A DNA stretch of 43,857 nt from Promethearchaeota archaeon (GTDB lineage: Archaea > Asgardarchaeota > Lokiarchaeia > Sigyniarchaeales > SOKP01). The notes under the pieces are model-generated. The model searched no databases. It saw only the letters and a list, made by a program, of their open reading frames with translations, and was not told the origin of the DNA. Both the position numbers and the translations under genes were made by a program. This document shows, one piece after another, positions 18,501 through 27,828 of this stretch (positions are counted from its first letter, which is position 1; the number at the start of each line of letters is the position of its first letter). The stretch lies in the NCBI GenBank assembly GCA_004524535.1, contig SDNY01000016.1:1-43857 (forward strand), in the 5' to 3' direction.

Positions 18501-19554
18501 AGATGCTCATGATGCGGGAATTGAATTATCCAATGTAACCAATGGCACAATTATTAATAATAATTGTTCTAACAATAACCAAAATGGAATATTACTTTAT
18601 AATAAATGCTCTAACAACACCATATCAGAAAATACATGTAGTGATAATGGAGTTAATGGAATAAAATTAGAAATTTTTTGCGAAAATAATACTCTATTTA
18701 AGAATTCTATTAGTAAAAATGAAATTGGAATTTACTTAAACCAATGTTATTACACAGACATGTCTCAAAATACAATAGAAAATAATGATATAGGGATTGG
18801 AGTTGATTATAATAGCGATTTTAATAATATAACAAATAATATCATAAATTACAATACTGATTATGGAATTGTAATTTTACAATATTTATGCGAACACAAT
18901 TTATTATATAATAATAGTTTCATTGGAAATAAAGTCCATGCCAAAAATGATGGATATAACAATGATTGGGATAATGGAATTATTGGAAATTATTGGGATG
19001 ATTATATAGGAAAAGATCCCGATGATGATGGAATTGGAAATACGCCATATTCAAGTATTACTGGTATAATAGGAGGTCAAGATAATTATCCTATTTGGTG
19101 GGATGATCCAGCTCTTTATATTGTCGATCCGAAAGGGGGCAAGAAATTTGGAGAAAACTCTCCAACTTTTGACATTAGAGTTGACGAAGGAAGAGGCTAT
19201 TATTTTTGGTATGAATTTATAGGTACTGGAATAAACTCATCCGTGACTCAATTATCTGGAGATCTTACTTTAAATATATCAGGAACTATAGACCAAAATC
19301 TTTGGAACAGACTATCCAATGGTCCAATAACTATTAGATTTTATGTAAACGATAGCCAGGGATTTATTGGTCATATAGATGTTGATATTACAAAAAATGT
19401 CCTTGTTGATGTTGATGATGATGATGATTGGAAGACCAAAGAAGGAATACCATTATGGTTACAAGCGATATTTATAGTTATGATTAGTGTATGTATAGGG
19501 TTTATAATAATAATATTCTATAATGAATATAAGAAGAGAAAAAAAACTCTTTAA
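15556..19554 (+). CDS. Large membrane-anchored surface protein with four NosD/right-handed beta-helix modules
   Basis: N-terminal signal/anchor; four modules each running from GSG...DPY(V/I)I to GNxWxxY...DxxDDGIGxxP; many NxS/T sequons; then an Ig-like segment, an acidic linker, a C-terminal TM helix and a basic tail. Confidence 0.88.
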   Translation: MKNKELKSRIFSLLLLMTILLMVLSQNNTFFYKNNDDKIKEKSHYNNINKIKSSTVHNATYIYNNNFSALPSCTGSGTYKDPYVIKNLEIDGEDSHSCIVIEDSDAFFRIENCTLYNIGSLSSESVGIKLINTSNGILINNSCSSNWDGNYGIYLHNGCKNNTITNNTIISTQNGIYLNDICYNNTITSNTITDAQNGIYLYKGCHNNTITQNIVSKSTFSGIHLNEACNDNRFSGNLLNNNDLMGMTISSSSGNNITNSNEFNDNKIGLYLLTSTNNIFSEDNDFSYNSMYGIYLSASSMNTFKGNTITDNNDIGLYVFQAVGGSNNNYFYENFFRSNAIHAVDEGDGNNWNSSTIGNFWDNYTDMGSGAVDFDDDGIGDIPYNFTGGIDNFPIWNDGIEEGFIEINELASGYNAHNWTWASGRFWCSGSGLASDPYVIKPNMLWNGVINGAGTYTCISILNSTKYFRIEDCTFYNSNQSGAGIKLYNTTNGEIINNNCSSNQGHGIFLNNSSQNRIIGNTIINNLNAGIYLMYNCDFNNISSNNLTGNGEYGIHIVNITCNNNIFYNNTFQGNALFNSLDNGTNTKWFFGELGNNWDDYPGADADDDGIGDTPYTKGGVFDKYPIFKDGLDGMPLYIDALANGVGAQNWTWASKRLYISGSGTLEDPYVIKDIIINGKNSTSCIVINNSEAYFKIENCILYNSSFGVPPNFEAGIKLVNTSNGLIINNNCSFNTQRGIYLYSNCENNTVSGNVLNDNTYGIYLSNCDNNTLAGNDLYNNSYGFYLNNCNNNTILGNYIANNSNDGIYFYTSEENNFTDNILRDNANRGIFLDGNDGGSNNNLFYKNNFTGNLIHAIDELSSNYWNNSDIGNFWSNYSDFDANDDGIGDNPHIFNGGRDWLPIWNDGYNGSKIHIDGSGINAPNWEWVVSRIWCSGSGSHSDPYIIKNLEINGENDSSCILIEKSTAFFRIEDCTIYNSGSDAHDAGIELSNVTNGTIINNNCSNNNQNGILLYNKCSNNTISENTCSDNGVNGIKLEIFCENNTLFKNSISKNEIGIYLNQCYYTDMSQNTIENNDIGIGVDYNSDFNNITNNIINYNTDYGIVILQYLCEHNLLYNNSFIGNKVHAKNDGYNNDWDNGIIGNYWDDYIGKDPDDDGIGNTPYSSITGIIGGQDNYPIWWDDPALYIVDPKGGKKFGENSPTFDIRVDEGRGYYFWYEFIGTGINSSVTQLSGDLTLNISGTIDQNLWNRLSNGPITIRFYVNDSQGFIGHIDVDITKNVLVDVDDDDDWKTKEGIPLWLQAIFIVMISVCIGFIIIIFYNEYKKRKKTL

Positions 19555-19579
19555 AAAGATATTCAATAATTTTTAAATA

Positions 19580-19759
19580 GTGGAAAACATCATAGCTTTT
19601 TTAAAAGAGAAATTAGACAAGAAAAGTTGGACTAAACTTCAAGAACCATTAAAAAAATATCAAAAAGGACAGATTATTTCAAAAGATTTAATAAAAGAAG
19701 TTAGAAGCACCATAGGAAAAAAATTTTTCGATCTTTTTATTAAACTTAAAGAGGAATAA
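19580..19759 (+). CDS. 59-aa Lys-rich ORF, possibly the detached cytoplasmic tail of the beta-helix protein
   Basis: GTG-started frame VENIIAFLKEKLDKKSWTKLQEPLKKYQKGQIISKDLIKEVRSTIGKKFFDLFIKLKEE, 25 nt after the upstream stop, in the +1 frame. Confidence 0.45.
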   Translation: MENIIAFLKEKLDKKSWTKLQEPLKKYQKGQIISKDLIKEVRSTIGKKFFDLFIKLKEE

Positions 19760-19967
19760 TAAAACTTAATTTTTTTTTAATTTTAGATTTAATTTGGAAA
19801 AGGAGTTTTTTAACAGAGATTACAGTTGCTATAAGATTTTATTATTTGTTACCAACATTGCCTATGATAAAACTCGTTCGCAACATAAATATTCTATATG
19901 ACATATCGCGCAATCGCCTCCGGCAATAATATTATACCTGTTCACGTTAAAACTATTTAAAATAACA

Positions 19968-20828
19968 TTAATCACTAAAAATCATTTTAAAATATATCTC
20001 TACATGATTTTTTAATTTCTTTAAGAGTTTGTAGTACTTTTTTGATAATTCATCTTTAAAGTCATGATAAAATTGTTTTTCAAGATATTTGTAAATAATA
20101 ATAAACTCTTGTGACCATTTCTTTAAAAAAGCGATTACAACATAAAAAAACCAAATTATAAACAGAGCAATGAAACTTGTAAAAAATATAATATCTGGAT
20201 CTCCAATACATATAGTTAAGAGATAATCTTCATTATAAAAATAATCTGAAAAAATTTTTTTATCACTTCTTAAAGAATGGTTTGTTATTAATCGAATTTC
20301 AATTTCCTTTCTTAAAGATTGGATTTTAAATTTTATGACACAAGAAATTCTCGATTTATCATTAGTTAATAAGAGATCATTATATACCGTTTTAGAGGGA
20401 TAATAATTATCAGGAATATTACTAAAATTAAAAACAGCATTAAGTTTATCATTAATTAGAATTTCAATTCTCAAGTGTTTTGTAGGATAAAACGTTTTTT
20501 CATTGGAATCAGAAGAATAATTCCAATCCCTATTAGTGTCTGCTTCAATTCGTAAGTTAAACTCTTTATTAACATATTCTTTTGGAACTTTTATTATAGT
20601 TATAACTGAACCTGTAGTTTCGGAGCCATAAATAAGCTCACTATTTTTCTCATTAATAGGTTTTTGAGCATATGTGAAGGAAAAAAAATTAGCCCTTTGT
20701 TGTAAATTTGTAGAAAATGGGTTGAGATTGATGTATATAAATATATCTATGATGGAAATAAAAATTATTGAAAAAATTAAAAAATTAGATCTTCTTAAAT
20801 TCTTTCTTAATGATAAATTGTTTCTAAT
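19968..20828 (-). CDS. Hypothetical membrane protein (~286 aa, two TM helices), probable ATT start
   Basis: The frame is open to 20882 with no ATG/GTG/TTG upstream of 20474. The extension encodes RKNLRRSN followed by the hydrophobic FLIFSIIFISIIDIFIYI. GGAG lies 8 nt before ATT 20828. Confidence 0.65.
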   Translation of the reverse strand: MRNNLSLRKNLRRSNFLIFSIIFISIIDIFIYINLNPFSTNLQQRANFFSFTYAQKPINEKNSELIYGSETTGSVITIIKVPKEYVNKEFNLRIEADTNRDWNYSSDSNEKTFYPTKHLRIEILINDKLNAVFNFSNIPDNYYPSKTVYNDLLLTNDKSRISCVIKFKIQSLRKEIEIRLITNHSLRSDKKIFSDYFYNEDYLLTICIGDPDIIFFTSFIALFIIWFFYVVIAFLKKWSQEFIIIYKYLEKQFYHDFKDELSKKYYKLLKKLKNHVEIYFKMIFSD

Positions 20829-21162
20829 TTTTTTTACTCCGTTATATAATAATTTATATATTATGAAAATTAATCGATAAAATTATTAATAACTGTGTAA
20901 TTTTAAATACTTAAATTTTTTTTTTCAATTTCGAGCAAATAAAATCCCATTAGAAAGACTTATTTTATTTTTTTGTGTTATTTTTACTATAATAACAAAT
21001 AATCTATATTATCGTAGATGCAAACCCTACAGCTGTGGAAAAATATCTTTAATATTTTCGGTTAGAAAAAATTGATATGAATTAATAAATTCTTAAAAAT
21101 TTGTAATAATTGAATAAAAATAGAATTGTTAGATAAAAAATATGAAAGGAGCGAAATAGTTT

Positions 21163-24100
21163 TTGATTAAAAATCTTTTCAAAAATAGTCTAATAGCTAC
21201 ATTTATTTTTGTTTTCATACTTATTTATTTGTTATTTTTATATGCACTCTACATTGTTCCAAATAATTTTGCTGATAAAATATCATTTATTATGATATTA
21301 GGATTTACTATTGTCATAGTAGGGGTGTTCTTAGCTGCTTTTCTAAAAACAAATTCTAGAAAAAATAGTGAAGTTTTCCTTAATTTTAATTTTATATCAG
21401 AGGATTTAATTAAAATAATTCTTTTAATTTCTATGATTGCTGCTTTTTTTATTCCTCCTATGAAAAACTCAATGGCTACAGATTGGCGACAGGTTCAAAC
21501 TATAAATTTTATTCGGGCAATTATTTACATTATCGGATCTTTATTCTTACCAGGTGCTTGTTTGTACAATTTCTTGTTCACTAAAAATGAACTTGAAGAT
21601 TTAGTAAAAATAGAGCCTTTTCTCCTAAAATTAACACTTTTTCCAATTTTTTCATTAGTTTTTATAGGAATTAGTGTTATGATATTAGACATAATAGGAT
21701 TAGTTAAAGAAATTTTCCAATTAATTCTACTTTTATTCTTTATCGGGCTTTTTATGATTGATCAAATTATAAAAATCAGAAATAGTGGTATTTATTTATT
21801 TTCTAAAGCTAAAATAAATATTTCAAGAAATTCATTTATTATCCTATTTATCGCAGCCGGTGTTTCAATTATTTCTCTTGGAATTTATATTTCTACAGAA
21901 TATCTTATACAAGGTGATTCTTGGTGGCCATTAGGCCCTTGTAATTATATAGGACGCAAAGATATCGATATAATTGATCTCTACCATGATCAACATTACC
22001 CTCCGTTTGCGGGTTATATCCTTGTTGGTTTAGGATCTTTAACTGGCCTACCATATTTAAATACTAATGCCCTTTTAGCTCCATTTTCTTATGTATCAAT
22101 AACCTCGATGTATATCTTTATGAAATCTATTTTAGATAAATATAATCCAGACTTTTCATATTTATCCACGATTTTAGTTTCGATATATGGAGGTCTGTTT
22201 CTACTTTATCCCATTCAAATTAATAATTGGTTTAATATATCTCATTATAGCTTTCGAAGTATGTTTATTTTTGATTATAAAACAATAACATTCATTCTTT
22301 TTTATATTGCATTGAGTTTTTTCTTTTATTCAATAGGGAGTAATTCAATAGTAGATAAATCCTCCAAAATAAATAAATTATATAAACCTCTTGAATTAAA
22401 ATTAATCATTTTAGCTTCTTTTTTATTGATAATTGGATATCTAATATATATGATTCCATTAATTCCTGCTATTTACATTAGTTTCTTTTATTTTCTTTTC
22501 TCAAAAAAGCAATTAAAAAAAAAAATCTTTTCAACACTCCTCCTTTTTTGGCTAATGATTATTTTATTTTTTATAATTTTTGATTTTGCATTAATGTTTA
22601 TTCTTAGTGATCTTTTTTATAACAAATTTGTAAAATATATTTTCACACCTCCATGGATTTCTCCCACTTTATTCGTTTATACCATCCTATTTAGTCTAGT
22701 ATTCTCTATTTTTCTTTTCTTTTTAATCTACAAAAAATTTTTTTATGAAAAAACTATTAGAATAGAGAAATTAAAGTTAAAACTAACTATTATCTATGCA
22801 ATATTTATCTTGGGATTTACTATCTTTATTTCAATTATTATTTATAATACAATAAAAAATCATGATGATATAAATAAACATTATATCCTTGTAAATCAGT
22901 TATCATTTGAATACATAATTCTGAATATTGGATTAATAGGTATATTGGCTATTTATTTTTTATATTTTTGTTTTAAAAATTATGAAAATAATAAAGAATT
23001 AGTAAATTTTTTAATATCCTGGATTCTTTTTTCATTAATTTTTTCTTCAATATCATTTATTCAAATTCGATTCGATAAGATAAATCCAACTTTTGAAGAT
23101 CTTCTATTTGCTTTTAATTGGTTTGATAAAAATTGGATTTTTGCAATCCCTGCATTTTCTATTTTAACCATTATCGGAGGATTTGAATTTAGAAAGAAAT
23201 TATGGAGTTTAAAAATCTTCAAATTAAATAAATTCAATACTTTATATATAAAGAGTTTAATTTGCACGAATAAATTATTGGCTATTTCATTAATACTAAT
23301 TTTATCTTATTCAAATATTATTATTGGAGGAGTATATAGAGGGAATACGGATGAAAATAGAAGAATGTCAGATGCGGAAGCCCAAGTTGTGGGTTGGGTT
23401 GCTGATAATATTGATCATGATTCTAATATCCTTATTGAAAACCGATTTCAACTATATACTCCTATTAATTACTTGATAAACTCAACAGTTTATTTGATAC
23501 ATAGTGCAAGAAATTTCGATCACATTTTCGATTACCAAATTCCTTATGAATTACAAACTTATAAATTAAAAGAAAATAAAATAGAATATGCGATATTTTA
23601 CGATGATATACACTACGGTTGTAATAAAAAGATGTCAAATTTCATAGATGGGTATTTAATTCCTTTTTTCTTTGACGAAGTCGTATACCATTATAAAGAC
23701 ATTACTATCTATCGAAGAGCACCTAACATTAAAATTAATGGGATATATAAGGCAACTTATAATTTTATTTATGATACTGTTGAGCTTAATGAATGGAATC
23801 TTTATGAAAAGGGAGGTGATGTAAAGGTTATTCTTGAACATAATGGACATAAAAAAGTCGTTCAATTATTTGATAATAATGAAAATAAGTTAGTTAAAAT
23901 GACTAATAGTTTTAATATACAAGAAAGCGGTACTATTGAATTATATTTTGAATCTACTGAAATAGAAGAAGAATTATCAATTAGACTTCAATCTAATTTT
24001 TATATAGGTCCATATATTTGTATTAAATCCTCTGAATTCTTGTATTATAATGGAACTCAATTTGTAACTATTTGTGATGCTCAAAAGGATACATTTTATC

Positions 24101-24351
24101 ATTTAAGGATTGATTTTGAGTGTGGAAATAAAACTTATGAGGGTCTTAATCAAGATGAATTTTTCATATATATCAACGATATAAAATATGGCCCCTTTAA
24201 TTTTTCAGAAGATATTAATACAGTTGACAAATTTGTAATAGCGACAAGTAAGGAATTTAAAAATGGTTCTGTATATTTGGATGCAGTAGGTTATTCCTGG
24301 GATGGAAACTATAATATTGGTGATAATAAACTGGAAATAATGACAGCATGA
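21163..24351 (+). CDS. Large polytopic GT-C-like membrane protein with a C-terminal extracellular domain (paralog A)
   Basis: Many TM helices; loop motif GDSW...YPPF; post-TM EAQVVGWVADNI...ILIE segment resembling the STT3/ArnT soluble domain; terminal YHLRIDFE...YLDAVGYSWD...IGDN beta domain. Confidence 0.65.
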   Translation: MIKNLFKNSLIATFIFVFILIYLLFLYALYIVPNNFADKISFIMILGFTIVIVGVFLAAFLKTNSRKNSEVFLNFNFISEDLIKIILLISMIAAFFIPPMKNSMATDWRQVQTINFIRAIIYIIGSLFLPGACLYNFLFTKNELEDLVKIEPFLLKLTLFPIFSLVFIGISVMILDIIGLVKEIFQLILLLFFIGLFMIDQIIKIRNSGIYLFSKAKINISRNSFIILFIAAGVSIISLGIYISTEYLIQGDSWWPLGPCNYIGRKDIDIIDLYHDQHYPPFAGYILVGLGSLTGLPYLNTNALLAPFSYVSITSMYIFMKSILDKYNPDFSYLSTILVSIYGGLFLLYPIQINNWFNISHYSFRSMFIFDYKTITFILFYIALSFFFYSIGSNSIVDKSSKINKLYKPLELKLIILASFLLIIGYLIYMIPLIPAIYISFFYFLFSKKQLKKKIFSTLLLFWLMIILFFIIFDFALMFILSDLFYNKFVKYIFTPPWISPTLFVYTILFSLVFSIFLFFLIYKKFFYEKTIRIEKLKLKLTIIYAIFILGFTIFISIIIYNTIKNHDDINKHYILVNQLSFEYIILNIGLIGILAIYFLYFCFKNYENNKELVNFLISWILFSLIFSSISFIQIRFDKINPTFEDLLFAFNWFDKNWIFAIPAFSILTIIGGFEFRKKLWSLKIFKLNKFNTLYIKSLICTNKLLAISLILILSYSNIIIGGVYRGNTDENRRMSDAEAQVVGWVADNIDHDSNILIENRFQLYTPINYLINSTVYLIHSARNFDHIFDYQIPYELQTYKLKENKIEYAIFYDDIHYGCNKKMSNFIDGYLIPFFFDEVVYHYKDITIYRRAPNIKINGIYKATYNFIYDTVELNEWNLYEKGGDVKVILEHNGHKKVVQLFDNNENKLVKMTNSFNIQESGTIELYFESTEIEEELSIRLQSNFYIGPYICIKSSEFLYYNGTQFVTICDAQKDTFYHLRIDFECGNKTYEGLNQDEFFIYINDIKYGPFNFSEDINTVDKFVIATSKEFKNGSVYLDAVGYSWDGNYNIGDNKLEIMTA

Positions 24352-24656
24352 AATAGCTTTAATTTTTTATAAATTACTTTTTATTGAAATATTACTAGAT
24401 TAAAACCTTTCTTATGATTAGCACTTTTTTTTAGAATAATTTTCTTTTTCTCCAAGAATATGTAGATATGGATAAACTAATTGATGAGAAAAGTCCATTT
24501 AAAAGTAATAAATATTTGAAATTTTAAATATTATTCAAATCAGAATATCTAAAACGAGATTAATTTAAAATAATTAGAATAGATAAAAAGTAATAAAAAC
24601 TTCGAAGTTATCTTTCTTTTCTAAAGAGTTGTCTAAAATAGAGAATTTTTAAAATT

Positions 24657-25361
24657 TTATTTCAAAGCCTTTCTTAATTTCTGATATCCTAATAATTCTG
24701 CATCTTTCTTATATCTTAATTCTATTTTTTCTAACAAAGTATCATCTAATTCACGATAATAATCCATCCAAGAATCATAAAGAGGTTTAAATAATTGATC
24801 TTTACTTTTTTTTTTTTCAGGCAATTTTACTTGAGGAATGTTTAATTTTTGAAAAAATTTTATAAATTCTGCATTTAATTCTTCAAATTTCAAATTGTAA
24901 TTATACCTTGGTCTTTCTTTTTCATCAAATAATATTCTATATTGCGAAATCCAATGTGGATCAGCAAATTTATCTTGACCTTCTTTGCTGCATAGCCAAT
25001 TTACAAAATTTTCGAAACTCATTAAAGGGTATAATCCTTTATATTGGCATATGATACCAATTTTTACTATAATGTTAGCATTAAGTATTTTTTTATTATA
25101 GCAAGAAACAACTCTACTCCAAGGATTTCTAGTTATACAAAATTTTAAATATTTTTCATATTTTTGATTATGATTTAATAGTTCTTTTAAATCATTTTTT
25201 ATAAGGTAGGAATCAAAATCTAATGGAGGATTGTAAATAAATAAATCTAATACTGTTTGTGATGCTGCAAGAGGATTTTCTATATATATGAATTTATACT
25301 TATTTGAAATAATTTTCAAGGCATTTTTTTTTCCAAATTTTGTACTGAATAAATTTTTCAT
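24657..25361 (-). CDS. Sulfotransferase family 2 (CHST/HNK-1ST-like); may extend to an ATA start at 25502
   Basis: YKFIYIENP, KFCITRNPWSRVVSCY, SFENFV, DPHWISQY, KFEEL and YKKDAELLGY. Confidence 0.85.
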   Translation of the reverse strand: MKNLFSTKFGKKNALKIISNKYKFIYIENPLAASQTVLDLFIYNPPLDFDSYLIKNDLKELLNHNQKYEKYLKFCITRNPWSRVVSCYNKKILNANIIVKIGIICQYKGLYPLMSFENFVNWLCSKEGQDKFADPHWISQYRILFDEKERPRYNYNLKFEELNAEFIKFFQKLNIPQVKLPEKKKSKDQLFKPLYDSWMDYYRELDDTLLEKIELRYKKDAELLGYQKLRKALK

Positions 25362-25639
25362 TAAGTTAATTCGAGAATATATTATGCTTAAAATTTTATA
25401 TATGATATTAATAATTCTTACATTAGAGATAGGAAAACTAATTTTATAGATTAAATCGTATAAAATTCTCTTAATTATATAATTTAACTCGCTTTTTATT
25501 ATAGTAATTCTCTCCTTACATAAATTTTTTTATGAATATTAGAATTTTATTTTATCCTACTTTTTTATTTCTAATTTATTCTTATTTTAAAAAAACATTA
25601 AAAATTTTAAGTTTACTCTTTTTTATAAACAACTATAAA

Positions 25640-26644
25640 TTATCTTATATAATGCGCTAATTCACTCATATTAAGACTTTTCATGTCATATTTCTCTCTT
25701 AAGTGGACATAATGTTTTATTATTTTTCGAAATAATTTCAGATTCTCACTGATGTTAACACCAAAATTATGAGGATGGGCCCATAAATGATAAATTTCTC
25801 CTCTTTTAGCCGCATAAGTTAAGTCAGAACAAATTCTTTTTACTTTCATAGTTTCTAGGTATTTAATTGGTTTTGTATACCAATATAAAAATCTACTTGC
25901 TGCTATATTTAATAGAATAGAATTACTTATACTTTTTATATTATAAGTATTATGGCCAGTAATATTAATATATGCATCTAGAAATTGAAATATTCTTCTA
26001 AATAAGAAGGAACTCTTTTCCCAGGTTTCTGTATGATATAACCATGATAATGGATTACCTCTATACTGATTAATTCCAAATTCTTTTAAAATATGAAAGT
26101 ATTGTGGATTAATTTGATTTCTAGGAAATGTAATAGATTTTATTAAAATCTTATTTTTTTGCGCTATATTAACTGCTGTTTCTAAATCCAATTTAAAACT
26201 TTCAAGATTCTGACTCTTTTCTAAGCAGTAAAAATGTGAAAATGTGTGAGTTGCTATTTCTTGGTTTGGATACGAATTTATTAATTCAATTAGATTAGGA
26301 GCAAAATGATACAAATCTTTAAACTTATTTGCTTTCATTTTAAAAGCATAATCATAAGGAGAATAATTTTTATTACTATAGTTAGGAAGTTTACTAGGTA
26401 TATTGCTTATTAAGTGTTCCTTAGATTTAAAAAAAAGGAATCCGACAATTGCCCATGTAGAATGAATATCAAATCTTTTAAATAGTTTTAAAATAGAAGG
26501 AATAAATGAATGAACACCAATAAGATTCTTTTTATATTTTTTAAGAGATATTTCATCCCTTACACCCCAATAAAGCTCCATGTCAAACGATATAATAAAA
26601 ATTCCATTTTCCTCATTTTTTAAACGTTTAGAGACCTTTCTCAT
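25640..26644 (-). CDS. CE4 polysaccharide deacetylase family protein
   Basis: ISFDMELYWG, QEIATHTFSHFY, SITFPRNQ and YHLWAHPHNFG. SD AGGAG lies upstream. Confidence 0.9.
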   Translation of the reverse strand: MRKVSKRLKNEENGIFIISFDMELYWGVRDEISLKKYKKNLIGVHSFIPSILKLFKRFDIHSTWAIVGFLFFKSKEHLISNIPSKLPNYSNKNYSPYDYAFKMKANKFKDLYHFAPNLIELINSYPNQEIATHTFSHFYCLEKSQNLESFKLDLETAVNIAQKNKILIKSITFPRNQINPQYFHILKEFGINQYRGNPLSWLYHTETWEKSSFLFRRIFQFLDAYINITGHNTYNIKSISNSILLNIAASRFLYWYTKPIKYLETMKVKRICSDLTYAAKRGEIYHLWAHPHNFGVNISENLKLFRKIIKHYVHLREKYDMKSLNMSELAHYIR

Positions 26645-26817
26645 GAACTCTCCTTATTTAAGTTTTTATTATATTAATAGATTGCAAATCAAATCTTCTA
26701 ATTACGCTAAAACTCTTAAATGTTTATTCTAAGGGAAGTATAAAATAATATAAATTTTTTTTAAATATTTAAATAATATAAAATAGTACTTTATATAAAT
26801 TTTAAAATTACATAATA

Positions 26818-27690
26818 ATGAATTCAGAATTATTTTCTAAAAAGGAAAAAGTTTTACCTAACTTTCTCGGTATAGGCGTTAAAAGAGGTGGCACTACATG
26901 GTTATATGAAGTTCTTAAAAGACATCCTAAAATCTTTTTATGTCCTTATATTAAAGAGACTCGCTTTTTTGATAAAAATTACAATAAAGGAATAAAATGG
27001 TACAAAAAATTTTTTCCGAATCAATATGAAGCTAAGAAATATACTACCATTGGAGAAATTGTACCTACTTATTTATGTTATGAGCATGTTCCAAAGCTAG
27101 TTCAAAAAATTTTACCTAGTGCTCTTTTTATAATAATGTTAAGGAATCCGATAGAAAGAGCAATATCGGAATATAAATATGATAAGCTTAATTTTGGCTT
27201 AAAAGATTCATTTGAAATTTATTTAAGAAAAAATCCTGAAGTAATTGAAATGGGCTATTACGCTAAGCAGATAAAATATTGGTTAAAATATTTTCCATTA
27301 AATAGGTTTTTAATTCTGACTTTCGAAGAAGTAATGAACAATAAAATAGGTTCATTAAAAAAAATCTCTAAATTCCTAAATATTGAATTAAAAGATTTTA
27401 ATTTCCAAAGTTTAAATAAGAAAATAAATATATCAGATTTACCAAAAATGCATAAAATTTATTTAATAGGTTATAAAATAAACGATATTATTATAGCAAA
27501 AGATTTATATCGGTTATCTGATATTCTTTCAAGATTCAAGCCATTTCTTTATATCCTGGGTAATAAAAAAAACAAAAACAATATTGATCCTAACGTTAAG
27601 AGAGCTCTTTATCTTAAATATAAGGAAGATATTGCAGAGCTTGAAATTATCTTAAACATGAACTTTAAACTCTGGGAAAAAAATTCTTAA
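26818..27690 (+). CDS. PAPS-dependent sulfotransferase (paralog of 11158)
   Basis: LPNFLGIGVKRGGTTWL, KETRFF, LRNPIERAISEY and MGYYAKQI. Confidence 0.92.
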   Translation: MNSELFSKKEKVLPNFLGIGVKRGGTTWLYEVLKRHPKIFLCPYIKETRFFDKNYNKGIKWYKKFFPNQYEAKKYTTIGEIVPTYLCYEHVPKLVQKILPSALFIIMLRNPIERAISEYKYDKLNFGLKDSFEIYLRKNPEVIEMGYYAKQIKYWLKYFPLNRFLILTFEEVMNNKIGSLKKISKFLNIELKDFNFQSLNKKINISDLPKMHKIYLIGYKINDIIIAKDLYRLSDILSRFKPFLYILGNKKNKNNIDPNVKRALYLKYKEDIAELEIILNMNFKLWEKNS

Positions 27691-27828
27691 ATAGATTTTA
27701 AACATAGCAATATGAAATTGCTTGGGTAGCCTCATATCTCTTTTTTTTAAAATCTAATTCAAAATAATGGTTTCAATTTTAAAAAAAAAAAATTTTTAAA
27801 AGTTCAATTGTTTTTATATTAGATTATA

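Noticed and set aside
15556-19554. aat-rich periodicity as a CRISPR array or tandem DNA repeat
   Set aside because: Explained by Asn-rich beta-helix coding repeats; there are no identical repeats with spacers.
21163-24351. Calling the large membrane proteins AglB/STT3
   Set aside because: No WWDYG motif, so only a general GT-C-like call is supportable.
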